Shown in pieces: positions 13,093 through 25,589 of a stretch of 64,000 nt of DNA. Made by a program: the position numbers and the translations under genes. This DNA is from Eledone cirrhosa (lineage: Eukaryota), in the NCBI GenBank assembly GCA_964016885.1, contig OZ024741.1:204972001-205036000 (forward strand), in the 5' to 3' direction. The notes under the pieces were generated by a model that saw only the letters and a list, made by a program, of their open reading frames with translations, did no database searches and was not told the DNA's origin. Each line of letters opens with the position of its first letter. Position 1 is the stretch's first letter.

Positions 13093-13760
13093 CAGTTCTT
13101 TTTAGCCATACAGCTTGTTTTTTGAATTCATCATTTGTTTCCCATATAGATCTCCAGTAGCTCACAATCTGATCTTTTGTCAGGTGTCCTTTACAGATAT
13201 TGAGCCTTTCACATTGAAGCTATAATAGATTAACTTGGGATCTCTGGCAAATAATCTATTCCGCATTTGCCATTTATATGCTGTAGATTTAAATTTTAAT
13301 TCTTCAGCTGTAGTTATAAGTTGTTGTTTCAGCTGGAGTAGTTTCGAGTTTCGAGTTTTAAATTTTGTAACTCCAAATCGCCTCTCTAGTTTTTTCTTTT
13401 TTCTTTTTTTTTTAGATTTTCCTGATGTCATGTGAAATTGTTCTCTGTGTTACATTTTATAACTACAGTGATCCACAAGATACTTCTTCACAGGAACAGA
13501 ATTTAATTTTTTAAGTTATGTGCCCATGCTGGTTCAGGCCTTCTGCATGTATCTTGATTGTGTGGCTTCAGATCTTTGCAATTCACTAGCAATGCGATAG
13601 CTGAGGCATACACCAAAAGGTTAATGGATAATTGACTGCTATTTAGTTTACTTCCTCCAATTCTAATTTACTGGGATCTTTACTTATACTTGTGTTGTCT
13701 GGCTTGTCATTCAAATTAAGATTGTGGACCTGCTGAAGCATATCATCCCAGATCACTTGT
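13093..13760 (-). mobile_element. R4/Dong-like element, upstream part (likely same copy as 10760-11340)
   Basis: RNRLFARDPKLIY and SYWRSIWETNDEFKKQAVWLK resemble the pre-RT region of R4-type ORFs; same strand and correct order relative to the RT fragment. Confidence 0.55.
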
Positions 13761-13979
13761 AAGATGTCCACAAGTCTTTGGTGTTTTTCAGTTTGTACAG
13801 TAGAGTATGGATTTCAGCTATAATTTTGGTGTGTTTTTTACCACTAGATTTAGCTGACCATTCTGTTTGTCCATCAATGGAAGTGGGATGATTATCTTCA
13901 GTGGCTAGCTTTGAATCAGACAATTCTGTTAAATGTATCAATTTACATCCAATGATACATTTTGCTTGTTCATTTAAAT

Positions 13980-15080
13980 CAGGGGTTCCCAACCTTTTTT
14001 TGCGTCATTGCCCACTTTCACATGAAAAAATTTCCACTGCCCACCTGTATAGTCAATATTCAAAAGCATAAATTTGAGATGATAAATTTCCTAATAGGCC
14101 CTTTTCCAGACAATAAAAAGTATAATTGTCATAAAAAGTCTGTTTACAAACCAGTAACACACTGTTACCAATTTTTTTACTTCAAAAAGAGAAAAGAAAA
14201 TTGAATAATTTTTGCATTAAAAGATTCTTTATTAATAGCAATGTAAAAAGTAATAACGTCAAATATTTTGGCACACTCATACCATATATCATCAATATGA
14301 CCACTGTGTTTGGTGCAATGCAGCTAGTGAAAACACATTGGGTTTAAAATTAGTCATGTCTAACTGCAAGTCACTTCTCTTGGTTATATCCAGCCAACTT
14401 CTAATTTCAGATAACAAGGTATTAATGTGGATGAAGCCAGCTTCTATCAACTAGGACGTTGGAAAGACAATCAACTTTAAGAACTTCCATAGATTAAGAT
14501 AAGATGTCACTATACTTTGATGATACCTCAAGCCATGTTTACTGCATTGAGGCATCATTATCATTTGATAAATCTATTGATTCTTCCTATACATCATCTT
14601 CACAATCAATTACTTGGACTTCAAATAAGTTGTTATACCAAACTGGAACAGGCAATGCGATAATTTCTTGAAATCACTGTATCATGATATGTAATGACAT
14701 CCCCATCAACTAATTCATCTTTCAAGATATTCAATCGTTGAAATGTTCATCTTATATAGTGTTAATTGAGAAATGACGGCAATGATGGACAATTAACAGT
14801 CGACAGTCGACAAGTGTTTTTTGCTTTCCTTGCAATAATGCATTGAGATAATTTAGTTTGGCGAATATGTTGCTAAGGAAAAAAGTATTACATTTTGAAG
14901 CAATCAGAGAAGTTGATAGTGGAGTGTTTTGAAAAAATATATGATTGTATCAAACAGTTCAACCAAATGGTCAACCACAGTTGTCTTTTGACAATTATCA
15001 TACATCAGTATAGCACAAAAGCCTCATATAGGCATCCTCATTATCAAAACGTAGTTGACAGAAAATTCATTGACAAATTC
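13980..15080 (-). mobile_element. hAT (Buster/Charlie-type) transposon remnant
   Basis: Terminal CAGGGGTTCCCAACCTTTT at 13980; minus-strand LIVFPTS*LIEAGF matches the hAT C-terminal dimerisation motif. Confidence 0.7.
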
Positions 15081-15289
15081 GATTTTAGAGTGTTCAGTTT
15101 TGATAACTAATTTTAGCCTGCCATTGATATTTTTTACCATTAAATGCTGCCAGTGAACCACTTAATGAACTGTTAAAAAAGGATGTGAAAAAGAGAACAT
15201 CTATAGCAGCCCTTGCCAGATACCAGTGAAACAGTGAAGCCATTGATAAAGATGTTATGAGATTGGCTTGTAGCTTTTTTCTTGCTTTA

Positions 15290-15480
15290 CAATCATACAA
15301 GAACATTTATCCTGGCCAAACTCCATTCCTATATGTACCACCTCTGTCCAGCTCTTTCTTTGTCTTCCTGTACTGTAGTTTCCTTCCACAGCCATCTTCT
15401 GGCACTTCTTCACCCAGTGTTCATCATCCATATGCGTCACATGTCCATACCAGTACATTCTTCTCTCTTGCACACTATAT
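15290..15480 (-). mobile_element. RTE-PHD family RT C-terminal fragment
   Basis: VQERRMYWYGHVTHMDDEHWVKKC...GRQRKSW. Confidence 0.8.
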
Positions 15481-15991
15481 ATACTTTTGTAGCAAAACCA
15501 TGATTTATTTTTCTCAATGGTTTTTCTTGGTCTGCCACACTTGACCACCAAAAGACCGACCTATGACTTCAGAACCACAAACTTAGATAATGGTCTCTTG
15601 TAGGAGGTTCATTGTACCAGAGTATCCAAAAAGGGGGACAATTGAAAAGACTGTCTGTTTAATGTTTCGAGGCAATATAATCCTTATGTATACAACAGAT
15701 TTTTATCCCCGACCAAATAGTCTGTTTTTTTACTTTACAACAGAAAGACAGCTTGTTTGGTCAGCCTTGCAATGTAGCTGCACACATACTCACTACCAGC
15801 CCTGCTGGGATCAACATTAGCAGTGTTTCCTACCAGGCTTGTAAAATTACTACTTTGCAATTCTACATTTGCACTCATAAACACTACATCTGTACATGCA
15901 TCTTTTTCCATTGTTCATTGCTGTACATGATTTTGAAGTAAATCATGTTACATATAAAAAACACTAACATTAGTGGTGTCTTGTTCATTTG

Positions 15992-16188
15992 TAAACCCTT
16001 TAGTGTTCAAACCAGCCAAAATTCTCTACCTCTTTCTGTTGAAACTGGTCACTCAAACTGATGTTAAGGTATTGTTCTCAAAATAAATACTTTCAAAATC
16101 TCATAGATTCGATATTATGTGAGGTAAAGCCTTTACCACGAAAATATAATAGTATATATATAGAGTAATGTGAATGCTAAAGGGTTAA
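15992..16188 (+). mobile_element. piggyBac-type MITE (family A)
   Basis: aaccctttag...gctaaagggttaa inverted ends; homologous copies at 34069-34250 and 35748-35947. Confidence 0.75.
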
Positions 16189-16564
16189 TACTTATTCATG
16201 TGATACGGGAAAATCATCTTCCCATGGTAATATCACTTCACACTACAAGCAAGTACAACTACTTGTTTTCCTGAACACGGCAAAACTTCTGTTGATTCAT
16301 TGAAACACACTTCCCTTACTCACTTGCCATTACTCAACCAGCAAGCTATTCACTCATCAACTTCGCACTTCATCACTACCTCTACAAATGAACAAATCTA
16401 TAAGGCAACTAACCCATAACCATAAATTTTCTCTTATACACATTTTTTCTCAGTTCATTTACACCTAGCTTTTCAGTGGAGCATGCTCGCTTCATTTCTC
16501 TGCTGCCTCTGCATATGTTTTGTATTTAATGCCATGCAATTTGCTACCTTAATTTTGTAGTGCA

Positions 16565-17497
16565 TAAATGGTGCTAAATTGAAATCATTCAACGTGGGAG
16601 TTGGACTTCGTCAAGGGTGTGTACTGTCACCTCTCCTGTTCTTTTTTTCATGAACAGGATTGACATTTACAGCCAGGTTGTAAGTGGTATCACGACTGGC
16701 AGGTGTAAAATCAGTCAGGAATTTGCAGACGACATGGTTACTTAACTCGATAGAAGATGATCTTCGACTTGCACTTGGTAGGTTTGATGCCGAGTGCTTC
16801 ATGGCTGGAATGAAAATCAGTGCTTCAAAAACTGAAACACTCGTCTTCTCAAGGAAGCCTGCACAGTGCACTCTACATGTGAATGGAGTTCTCCTGAAGC
16901 AGGTGGAGAAGTATTTCAGGGCCATATTTACCAGTGATGGAAGGCAGGAGGCTGAATTAAGTCCAGGAATTGCAGGAACTGGTGCAGTAATGTGCCAGCT
17001 TCAGTATTCGGTAATCAGAAGAGAGGTAGGTGTAAAAGCCAAACTCACTATCTTTAATTTGGTATTCGTGCCAACCCTTGCCTATGGTCATGAATCTTGA
17101 GTAATGACTGAAAGAATACGATTGCAAATACAAGCAACCGAAATGGGGTTCCTCTGAAAAGTTTTTGGAGTAACGTGACTCGATAGGGTGCGTAGCTCAG
17201 AGATCAGAGAGTCACTCCAGGTACTGCTACCACTTCTCCGAATACTATGGGCATGTGGTTAGAATGTTTCAGGAAAGAATCGCTGGACATATTTTACGAG
17301 CAAAACTAACAGGCTGGAGATCCAGGGGTAGACCTCGAGCAAGATGGTTGGATAACATCCATCAGCTTGGCTGGTCTCGCTTGGGGATCCAGCCGAACCA
17401 GTTGGAAATGATTGCTTCTGACAGGGCCCGCTGGAAGGAGTGTTTGGGGACTCTTCCCCCACGAACCTCTTAGAAATAAGTGGGCGAAGAAGATTTA
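16565..17497 (+). mobile_element. RTE (Expander-like) LINE 3' fragment
   Basis: GLRQGCVLSPLLF, MKISASKTE, LAYGHES and GRPRARWLD..LGWSRLGI. Confidence 0.85.
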
Positions 17498-17554
17498 GGA
17501 AAAAGAAAAAGGCATCACATGTCCACAACAGCGTAGTTTTCTCTCTGGCACACT

Positions 17555-17648
17555 ACTCTGGTTCTTGTAATAACCAGTTCGTCAACGTCCTGCCTCAACC
17601 AACTCTGGTTCTTGTAATAACCAGTTCATCAACGTCCTGCCTCAACCA
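17555..17648. repeat. 47-bp tandem duplication
   Basis: actctggttcttgtaataaccagttc(g/a)tcaacgtcctgcctcaacca twice. Confidence 0.9.
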
Positions 17649-18649
17649 ATGGAGCTGATCCCAAAATGTTGAACCCTACAAGTGGAGGAAGACTGTACTG
17701 GAAAGGACCCGTCCAACCCATGTAAACATGGAAAAGTATACGTAAAGTGATGTGTATGAATGTATCAGAGAGAGAGCGAAACACACACACAGAAAATACG
17801 TGTAATAAAAAAGAAATAATTCCAAGAGTTTGGTTTAGGATTCAGACGTGCAGTGTAATTGAATTATAACTCTAATGCGTAAATTGAAAGGCCGGTAGAG
17901 AATTCATCTTACTGGTTTACCAGCAGCATGTAATCTAATACTATCAACGATTATCTCCCTTGTTTATACAGTATATAAATTTTTAATTTTACATAAAAGT
18001 TGCATTATTTCCCTTGTATCACGGTCAACTCTTGGTGAGTCTGAAATTACTGCATTCAGAAACTTCTTTATGTTTTTGTTATTACGCACTGAGTTCTATA
18101 TCATTGTAGAGAAGGTTTCTTAACATCTTTATATTATACATTTGCAATCTTTATTACTATTACCATAATATCATTTCTTTTGTTCTTTGATAAGCATGCA
18201 TATTAAGCCTATAAGAACAGGCCGATGACGCTCCTTATTTTGTTAATTCGCTTGAAGCTTAAGTATGTTCTCTAAAAATCTGATATTATTCTTCGATCAT
18301 CGACAAAACAACAAAATCGGTTTCAGTGTCATTTGTATTGATTCCAGAACCTTCTGATGATTCTGGAATTATTCTCCCCGATTTGAATAATAAAATATAT
18401 TATTTATTATTATTTTTGTCCCGTAGACCATTCATTTCCTGTTTACCATTCTTCTTAATTTAGACAGTATTATTGAATATCCTTTATTGGTGATATCTCT
18501 TTTAATTACTTGTATTATTTTTGAAATTTTCACTGTTTTTCTTTAATTAATTCCTTTCTAAACGAATCCGAGTTCTACTGATAAGTATTTGTGTTATATT
18601 CTAAGATAACTCTGGAGTCTTTTCTCCAATCACGTTAAATTCCTGTTGG

Positions 18650-18694
18650 ATGGATATATATGTGTATGTATATATATATGTATGTGTGTGTGTG

Positions 18695-18748
<54 letters not shown>

Positions 18749-18812
18749 CATGTATATTTATCTACCTATCTATATGTATATATATATATATTATATAATT
18801 ATGTGTGTGTGT
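18650..18812. repeat. Compound (TA)n/(TG)n microsatellite
   Basis: Direct reading. Confidence 0.95.
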
Positions 18813-19400
18813 ATCATCATCATCATTTAACGTCTATTTTCCACATTTGCATGGGTTAGACGGGATGTCACATTATGAGAAGTCAGGTCAGGTGACCGTG
18901 TTTTACTCCCACGGAACTGTTTCTCTGGTTTGGTTTTTAAGGCTGGGTGCCCTTCCTAACGCCAAGCACATTACAATGTGGACCGGGTGGACTGGGTTCT
19001 TTTTCATCGTAGTAGCAACACGTAGTACCTACAAGGGGGTTGACTGGGTACTATTTTGTGGTGTCACCTGCACAATTACCATTACAGGATGGACTGGATA
19101 CTTTTTGTCATGTCATTAGCACGATCACCATTACAGAATCGACTAGGTACTTATTGTCGTGTCACCAGCATGACCACCTGGTGATGGGTGAGTATTAAGA
19201 TGTGGGAAGGTGTCGATGCAAATGAGCATCTGCTAGATCTTTGCTTCATCCTGTGCATATGTGAAAGTAGGTTTTCTGCAGTCCAGCATATCACCAGGTT
19301 TAATTGTGCAAGGTCAGCTTTTATCATTTCCTGAGTCTTCCTATTCCAGGGTTTCCTTCAACTTCAAGCACTCTGCACCTTTTGATACAGCTGTCATACA
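18813..19400 (-). mobile_element. RTE-PHD family 3' end (RT C-terminus, subrepeated 3' UTR, (GAT)n tail), old copy
   Basis: catcatcatcatttaacgtctattttcca tail; ~48-bp subrepeats at 18.96-19.18 kb; degenerate RT terminus at 19.2-19.4 kb. Confidence 0.75.
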
Positions 19401-19409
19401 CTTCTCTGT

Positions 19410-20010
19410 CAGTGATATACACCTTTTGAAATCCCAGGTAGGATCCATAGAAATGGTTGATAGCTTCTGCTATCTAGATGACCAAAGTAGCAGTGGAAGT
19501 ATATACTCCAGAGCTTAGTAGTTAGAATAAGAATGGGATGGAAGAAGTTTAAGGATCTACTACCCTTGTTGACGACAAAAAGTTTCTCCCTACGAACCAA
19601 AGGTCGGTTGTTGGTGCCTGTGTGCAATGTTGCATTGTAGTGAAACATGGACAGTGGATACAGAAGGCATGTGAAGGCTGGAGAGAAATAAAGCAAGCAT
19701 GCTTCGAAAGATGTGCAAGAATGACAAAACATGGATGAACTGAGAAACTGGCTATAAGAGGAATCAGATGTAGTGTGCAGGAGAAGAGACTGCGCTGGTA
19801 TTGACATGTGATGCATATGGATGATGATTGCTGAGTGAAGAAGTGCCAAATAATTTCAGTGGAAGGAAGCTGTAGTAGAGGAAGACCAAGGAAGACCTGG
19901 GTGGAAGTGGTGAGAGTTGACAAAGGAATGTGACAAATGGAGAAATGCAGTGCTAAGAAGAACCTGTTCAATCTATGCAAGTGTGGAACAACAGACATAA
20001 AGGGGTGATG
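19410..20010 (+). mobile_element. RTE-PHD family RT C-terminal fragment, old copy
   Basis: SIEMVDSFCYLDD, GWKKFKDLLPLL, RLERNKASML and RGRPRKTW. Confidence 0.85.
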
Positions 20011-20214
20011 ATATACATTAAGAAAGAGAGACCAAAAGTTTCAGTTCAACATATTTTATTTGTAATCACACATAATATGTGTTTCACATATGACCTACTT
20101 GGAGGTTTAATCAATTACAATCAGCTCAACTCTAGGATTGATTTGCTCATCATAAGGATTGTTACAGATGGGAGGGTGTTCCCAGCGAGTGACTCTTTCA
20201 CTACTTATGCTTGA

Positions 20215-20625
20215 TGTTCCAAAGGGTGTGATGCTCTTTAGGAAACTTTTCCTGGATTTAAGGCGGCTTTTGGCTGGTACATGGCTGAAGAGAGGATGTT
20301 TTTGATCTGTTGACACTCTTTCTTGCTTCCTGCACTTCAACGTATCTCTGGTGGGGCTATGCCTGCTAGGATATGCAGACTGTCCATAGGTGTAGATTTC
20401 AGGCAGCCTGTGATGAGGTGGCAGCTAGCATTGAGGGCAGAATCTAGCTTCTGAACATGGACAGCTTGCTCCCATACTGGGCATTCATACTTGGCAGCTG
20501 AGTAGCAGAGAGCTAGTGTAGTTGACTTCAGAGTTTGTGGGTTTGCACCCCAGGTTGTGCCAGTGAACTTGCGGATGATGTTTGTTCCTCGCATTCACTT
20601 TGCACTTGGTCTTCTCAATGTGGAT
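20215..20625 (-). mobile_element. I-group (Vingi/Ingi-like) LINE fragment
   Basis: GTTWGANPQTLKSTTLALCYSAAKY..PVW...ITGCLKSTP..LAGIAPPEIR...RLKSRKSF. Confidence 0.7.
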
Positions 20626-20861
20626 CTTAAAAGAGAGACAAGCTGACTAGGTATAAAGACATAAAGATGGTAGTGAAAGTCAGAGTGAAAAGAAAATTAC
20701 AACACAAGAAAAATAAAACAATGGCAGGAATAGGGTGTTGAAACATAGCAGTGAGGGTATATAAAGTAACAGATGATAAAATAGAAAATAAAAACATAAA
20801 AAGCAGCGTAGTGTAAGAAAAATTAGAAAAATATATATAAAAAATTACAAATAAATAAATA

Positions 20862-21155
20862 CTAGTACTGGCACTCCGTCGGTTTCGACAACAAGTGTTC
20901 CAGTTGGAATCAATGGAACAGCCTGCTTGTGAACCTAATGTGCAAGTGGCTGAACATTCCACAGATATGCATACCCTTAACATAGTTCTCAGGAATGTGA
21001 CAGAGGTGGCCCTTCGAATTACAGGTACAACTAATTTTTGTCAGCAGAGTGGACTGAAGCAACATGAAATAAAGGACACTGCATGCCACCAGGAATCAAA
21101 TTCACAACCTTATGATTGTGAGCTGTATACCCTAACCATAAAGCCATGCGCCTTG
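20862..21155 (-). mobile_element. tRNA-derived SINE
   Basis: Minus-strand head aaggcgcatggct...ggttagggt...gttgtgaatttgattcctgg and core tttatttcatgttgc shared with 22860 and 51921 copies. Confidence 0.7.
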
Positions 21156-21211
21156 ACAATAAATAAATAAGTAGAATAAAGTAAAAACATAAAAAAAGTA
21201 AAAGAATAAAT

Positions 21212-21892
21212 ATGTAGTGGGGTAGCAGGCAGACTAACAGGAAAGGAAGACTTTGTATGTAATAGATGTTTAGAGAAAATTGATAATAAGTGTGGCAGTG
21301 ATATACACCTTTTTGTAATCCCAGGAACTGTGGAAGTGGTTAATAACTTCTGCTATCTGGGTGATCTAATTAACAGTGCTCTGAGAGTATAGCAGCTAGA
21401 ATAAGTACAGGATGGAAGATGTTTAGAGAGCTACTAGCCCTGTTGACTACAAACGGTTCCTCCCTCTGAACAAAATGTCAGCAGTATGATACGAGTGTGT
21501 GATCCTATATTGTAGTGAGACATGGGCAGCAAATGCAAAGGATATGTGAAGGCTGGAGAGAAATAAAACAAGCATGGCTCATTGGATGTAAAACGTTAAT
21601 GTGCATGAATCACAAAGTGTGGACGAACTGAGAGAGAAACGATGTATGAGAGGAATATGGTGGTCTGGTTGTGTGTAGCATGTGAATGATGATTTCTGGG
21701 TGAAGAAATTCCAGGAAATCCTAGTGGAAGGAAGCCTCAGTAGAAGACCTTGGTGGAAATGGTGAGAGCTGATCTCAAATTGCTGAAGCTCATGGAAGAA
21801 ATGACAAATGATTGCGATGAAGGGAGAGATGCTGTGCTGAAGAAGACCCATCTAACCCATGCAAACAAAAAATCAAACATAAAATAATAATG
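21212..21892 (+). mobile_element. RTE-PHD family fragment (end of PHD through 3' end), old copy
   Basis: CSGVAGRLTGKEDFVCNRC (PHD C-half), then NNFCYLGD, GWKMFRELL and RLERNK. Confidence 0.8.
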
Positions 21893-22857
21893 ATTTTGTC
21901 TATCACCAAGGTGTTTTTAGGTCAGAGCCAGAGCCAGGGACAGGTGGGGAGCACAATGGCCATTATCTTAAATATTAGAAGGAAGAGTCAGTCATATGTA
22001 CCTCAGGTTCTATAGTCATCTCTCAGTTGATGTTCCCTGTGAATGTGTCTTGGGGTAGTGGAAGTGGGGTGTGTACAGTAAGCCAAAAGGTGGAGGACTT
22101 ATGTTTTGAATGGTGAGGGGTGAAGGAATGGTTTAGATTAGGAGCCTAAGTCAGAAGTCCTTTGCAATAAAAGAGTGCCTTACCTTCCTATTTTGCCTAC
22201 AGTTACTACTATGAGATTGCCCTTTGCTTTAGGGGTTATTATTCCCATACAACTATTCCTATTTATGGGTATTCAGTATAATACTTATCATGTGTGTGTT
22301 TTTGTATGGGTGCTAGGTGAAGTGTTGAATAAAACTAGGATTTATGTATTAGGATTTTATAATTCAGCTACTTAAGTTTATGTTGTTCTACTTAGGAAGG
22401 TTTAAGTTTGAGAATGAATACTTGTGATCATGGTTGAATCCCATAATAATTTCTGATTTCTGGTCAATTTTGTGGTTTTTAAACCTCATTATCTCGATGC
22501 ATTCAGTTATATGCAGGCTGCAATCATGGCATCCTGTTGTATAGTGGGACATATACTTTATTACAGATTATTTGATTTTAAAATCAACTTCATTATCCTT
22601 GAGTCGCCATATCATTTGTGCTATTACAGTCTGGGATTTAGAAAATTTTATTTTAAAATAAACTAACGTGGTTATAGTATCTACTTTTAAATGTTCTGGC
22701 AGTTGCTCCCATGTATATATAATCCTTGTTATTGGTGGTCACAGTGCATTTATATACTATGTTGGATGTTAGACAGTTATTCTCCAGGTTCTGCAATTGC
22801 AAGTTCGGCCTCTAGAGTCAGCCAGGGGACCAATTAGTTTATTGTCATTATAGGGTG

Positions 22858-23108
22858 AAGGCACGTGGCCTAGTGGTAAGGGTGTTGGACTTACAATCAT
22901 AATGTTGTGGGTTCGATTCCTGGGCTGGGTTGTGTGTTGTGTTTATGACCAAAACACTTCATTTCATGTTGCTCCAGTATCCTCAGCTGAAAATAAGTAC
23001 CAGCAAAAGCTGGGGGTTTAACCCTGCGATGGACTGGCATCGTGTCCAGGGGGGAGTCTTGTACTCTCAGTTGTTTCATGCTATGAAACCAGGATAAGCA
23101 CCGGCTCA
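22858..23108 (+). mobile_element. tRNA-derived SINE
   Basis: A-box tggcctagtgg, B-box gggttcgattcc, core aacacttcatttcatgttgctccag, then ccctgcgatggactggcatc. Confidence 0.8.
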
Positions 23109-23424
23109 ACGCGTTGCTTGCAGTGCATGAGGGCATGCATGCATTATCTCTGGTGGTGAACCCTTGGGTGGGGTTCGTCACATTTGTCTGTTATCTCAGG
23201 TTGGGTGCCCTGTTGGTTTTGCAGTGACTGTTTTTAGGATGTGTTATATGTGTTCATGTATTCTTTGAGTTTTTTATTATTAATAGCTGCAGTGTTGTTG
23301 ACTAAATTAAGTGTGGTAGAAAATGAGAAATTAACACTATGTCTGTTAAATAACTTGTGGTTATCTATATGATGGAGGGAAGCATTTGTCTAGGGCCTTG
23401 AAAAAATTTGAGATGTGTCTAGAA

Positions 23425-23609
23425 CAGGATTTCCCAAACTTTTTCAAATGTGGAACCCTTCTTGGTTCAGAAACTTTTGAGGGAACCTCAAAGTCTAATA
23501 CTGTTATATGGTCATAATATAAATATACTCCTCTACTTTTTTTCACAGAACCCCAGACACTCCTTTGCGAAACTCTTGGGTTCTGTGGAACCCACTTTGG
23601 GAACCACTG
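23425..23609. mobile_element. hAT/Charlie-type MITE with 8-bp target-site duplication
   Basis: TIRs CAGGATTTCCCAAA / TTTGGGAACCACTG; flanks gtctagaa and gtctagag fit the Charlie NTCTAGAN target. Confidence 0.9.
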
Positions 23610-24751
23610 GTCTAGAGCATGGTGCATTAAATCAGATTACCTGGTGTGTATGAGTTTTAGTTGCTATCTTGTTTTCTTTATCCCTAATATTGTAATTCAG
23701 TCAATGGCTATTTTTCTTATTATCATTATCATCATTATGATGATAGATATTATTTCTACATCTGGCCCTGATGTGCTCATTCGTTTCCATGTTACTATTT
23801 CTGATACTAACACTTATTGTTATGACTGACCCATGCAACACCTCCATAAATTCCCTTAGTATTATTATTACTGACATAGCTGCTATAATCTCTTTCATTG
23901 ATATTGTTGTTCATATCCTCACATCATCAGTGTCCTCGCTGTTATTAAGGTTACTTTGACAACCACTATTATTTCCAATATTAGTAATGTTGCCCCTTGC
24001 CAATACTGCTGATTGTGCCTTTCTCACTTGGACAACTACCACGAGTACAATTACTATGCTTGTTTAATCTACTAGTAATGTCATTATCAAAATTGTATGT
24101 CATGCTAGTTGGCAATTTTACCACTATCATTATTTCTCCTATCATTTGGAGTATTATTGCTGTCAGGTGCTCACTACAGTCTACCAGTTGGGCAAAACAA
24201 TTAGTGGAAATCCTACACTAGCAATTTATAGAGGACCAGTTACTGGGAAGAATGATAATTTTTTTAGAAGGTTCTGGGCCTTGACAGAAGTGAATTGGCC
24301 AGTCTGTTATAGAGGACTTTCAGGTTGAGGATTTCTATGAACAATTTCCAAAAGTCTTTGGCTTGATAGTGCTACCATGGTAAAACTCTACCAGGTTAAA
24401 TTCTATAGGCATGGTGATGCTGTCAGATGGGCGTCCAAAAAGTATGCAGGGTGATGAAAACCGTTCTGCATGCACTCATTTAGTGTCCAGGCATCACTAA
24501 CTTGTGGAGATATGTTGAATGGGTGCTATCACATGTAAGACAGATCCAGTAATTTGCTGTCCATTATGAGGACTGCTCCTCCACCCTCCTTTAACTGGGA
24601 AGGGTGGTAAGTTTTTCTTTGTCTGGTGGCCATAGCGAACAATGTTGTGTGGAGATCAACCTCCCAATAATTCTTTTTCAAGTCCCACTCAAAAAGAAAG
24701 GTGAGAGTGGAGGGAAGGTGTTCTCCTCCAGTGAAGTTTATAAAAGATATC

Positions 24752-24909
24752 GGAGAAAAGACGCAAATCATCAATCTTAATAATTATAATTTTTATAAGA
24801 TCAATTCTTACTGATGAGAAACATTGCAGTCTTAGAGATGCTACTTACCAAGATTGGAAATTGCTGATTGATACTGATTGCTAAGATTGATGACTTGCGT
24901 CTTTTCTCC
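24752..24909. repeat. 28-bp inverted repeat enclosing a CTGATGAG...GAAA segment (possible Penelope-like terminal remnant)
   Basis: ggagaaaagacgcaaatcatcaatctta versus taagattgatgacttgcgtcttttctcc (1 mismatch). Confidence 0.7.
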
Positions 24910-25589
24910 AATTTTTTTAAACACATCTGACTAAGCTTTACTATTTTATCATACCATCTTTAGGTAAGTTTTTTTACTTACTATATTTTCCTTTGGGCCT
25001 ACTTATTAGGAATTTTAAATTTACTACCATAAATTATATCTTTTTAGAATGTATGTGTTCTATATACATGTAATAAATACTAGCAGTTTCTCAATTGATA
25101 TTATCAGTATACATTCTTTTGTATATCATTTAAACTTATTATATATATATATATATATATACGTACGTACACATATATAATCATCAAAGGTTGTGAAAAA
25201 ATTAGTGAGACAACTACATGAGAAATTCCTACATAGTATCTATTCTGACTGTATGTTCTGAGTTCAAATTACGCTTCCTGTCACCAGAAAATCTTTGACA
25301 CTTCTGTCAGGAGAGTGACCAACAGATAGTATCAGCAACTTAGTTTGATTTGACAATCTACCCTTTACTTATAAGAATTGATTTTCAAAGGAATAAAAGA
25401 CATCTTCCATGACAAAATTTGAATTGTTTAACACTTTTGATACCAAACCACCCGGGACCACTCCTGGTTCTACAATATCAACCTGCTTATTTTGAAGTGT
25501 TGATATCTCTCTAAGAACCTTTGCTACGTTATGCTACAAACACCTGCTTATCATCATCATCATTTAATGTCCATTTTCCATGCTTGCAG

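Noticed and set aside
18650-18859. Low-complexity ORFs (YIYI, CVCV, HTHT), also at 40.3, 41.0 and 54.9 kb
   Set aside because: Translations of microsatellites
24940-24969. Pyrimidine tract + AG|GTAAGT resembling a recursive splice site
   Set aside because: It lies upstream of the inferred DPP9 start, beside a repeat remnant, with no supported host transcript
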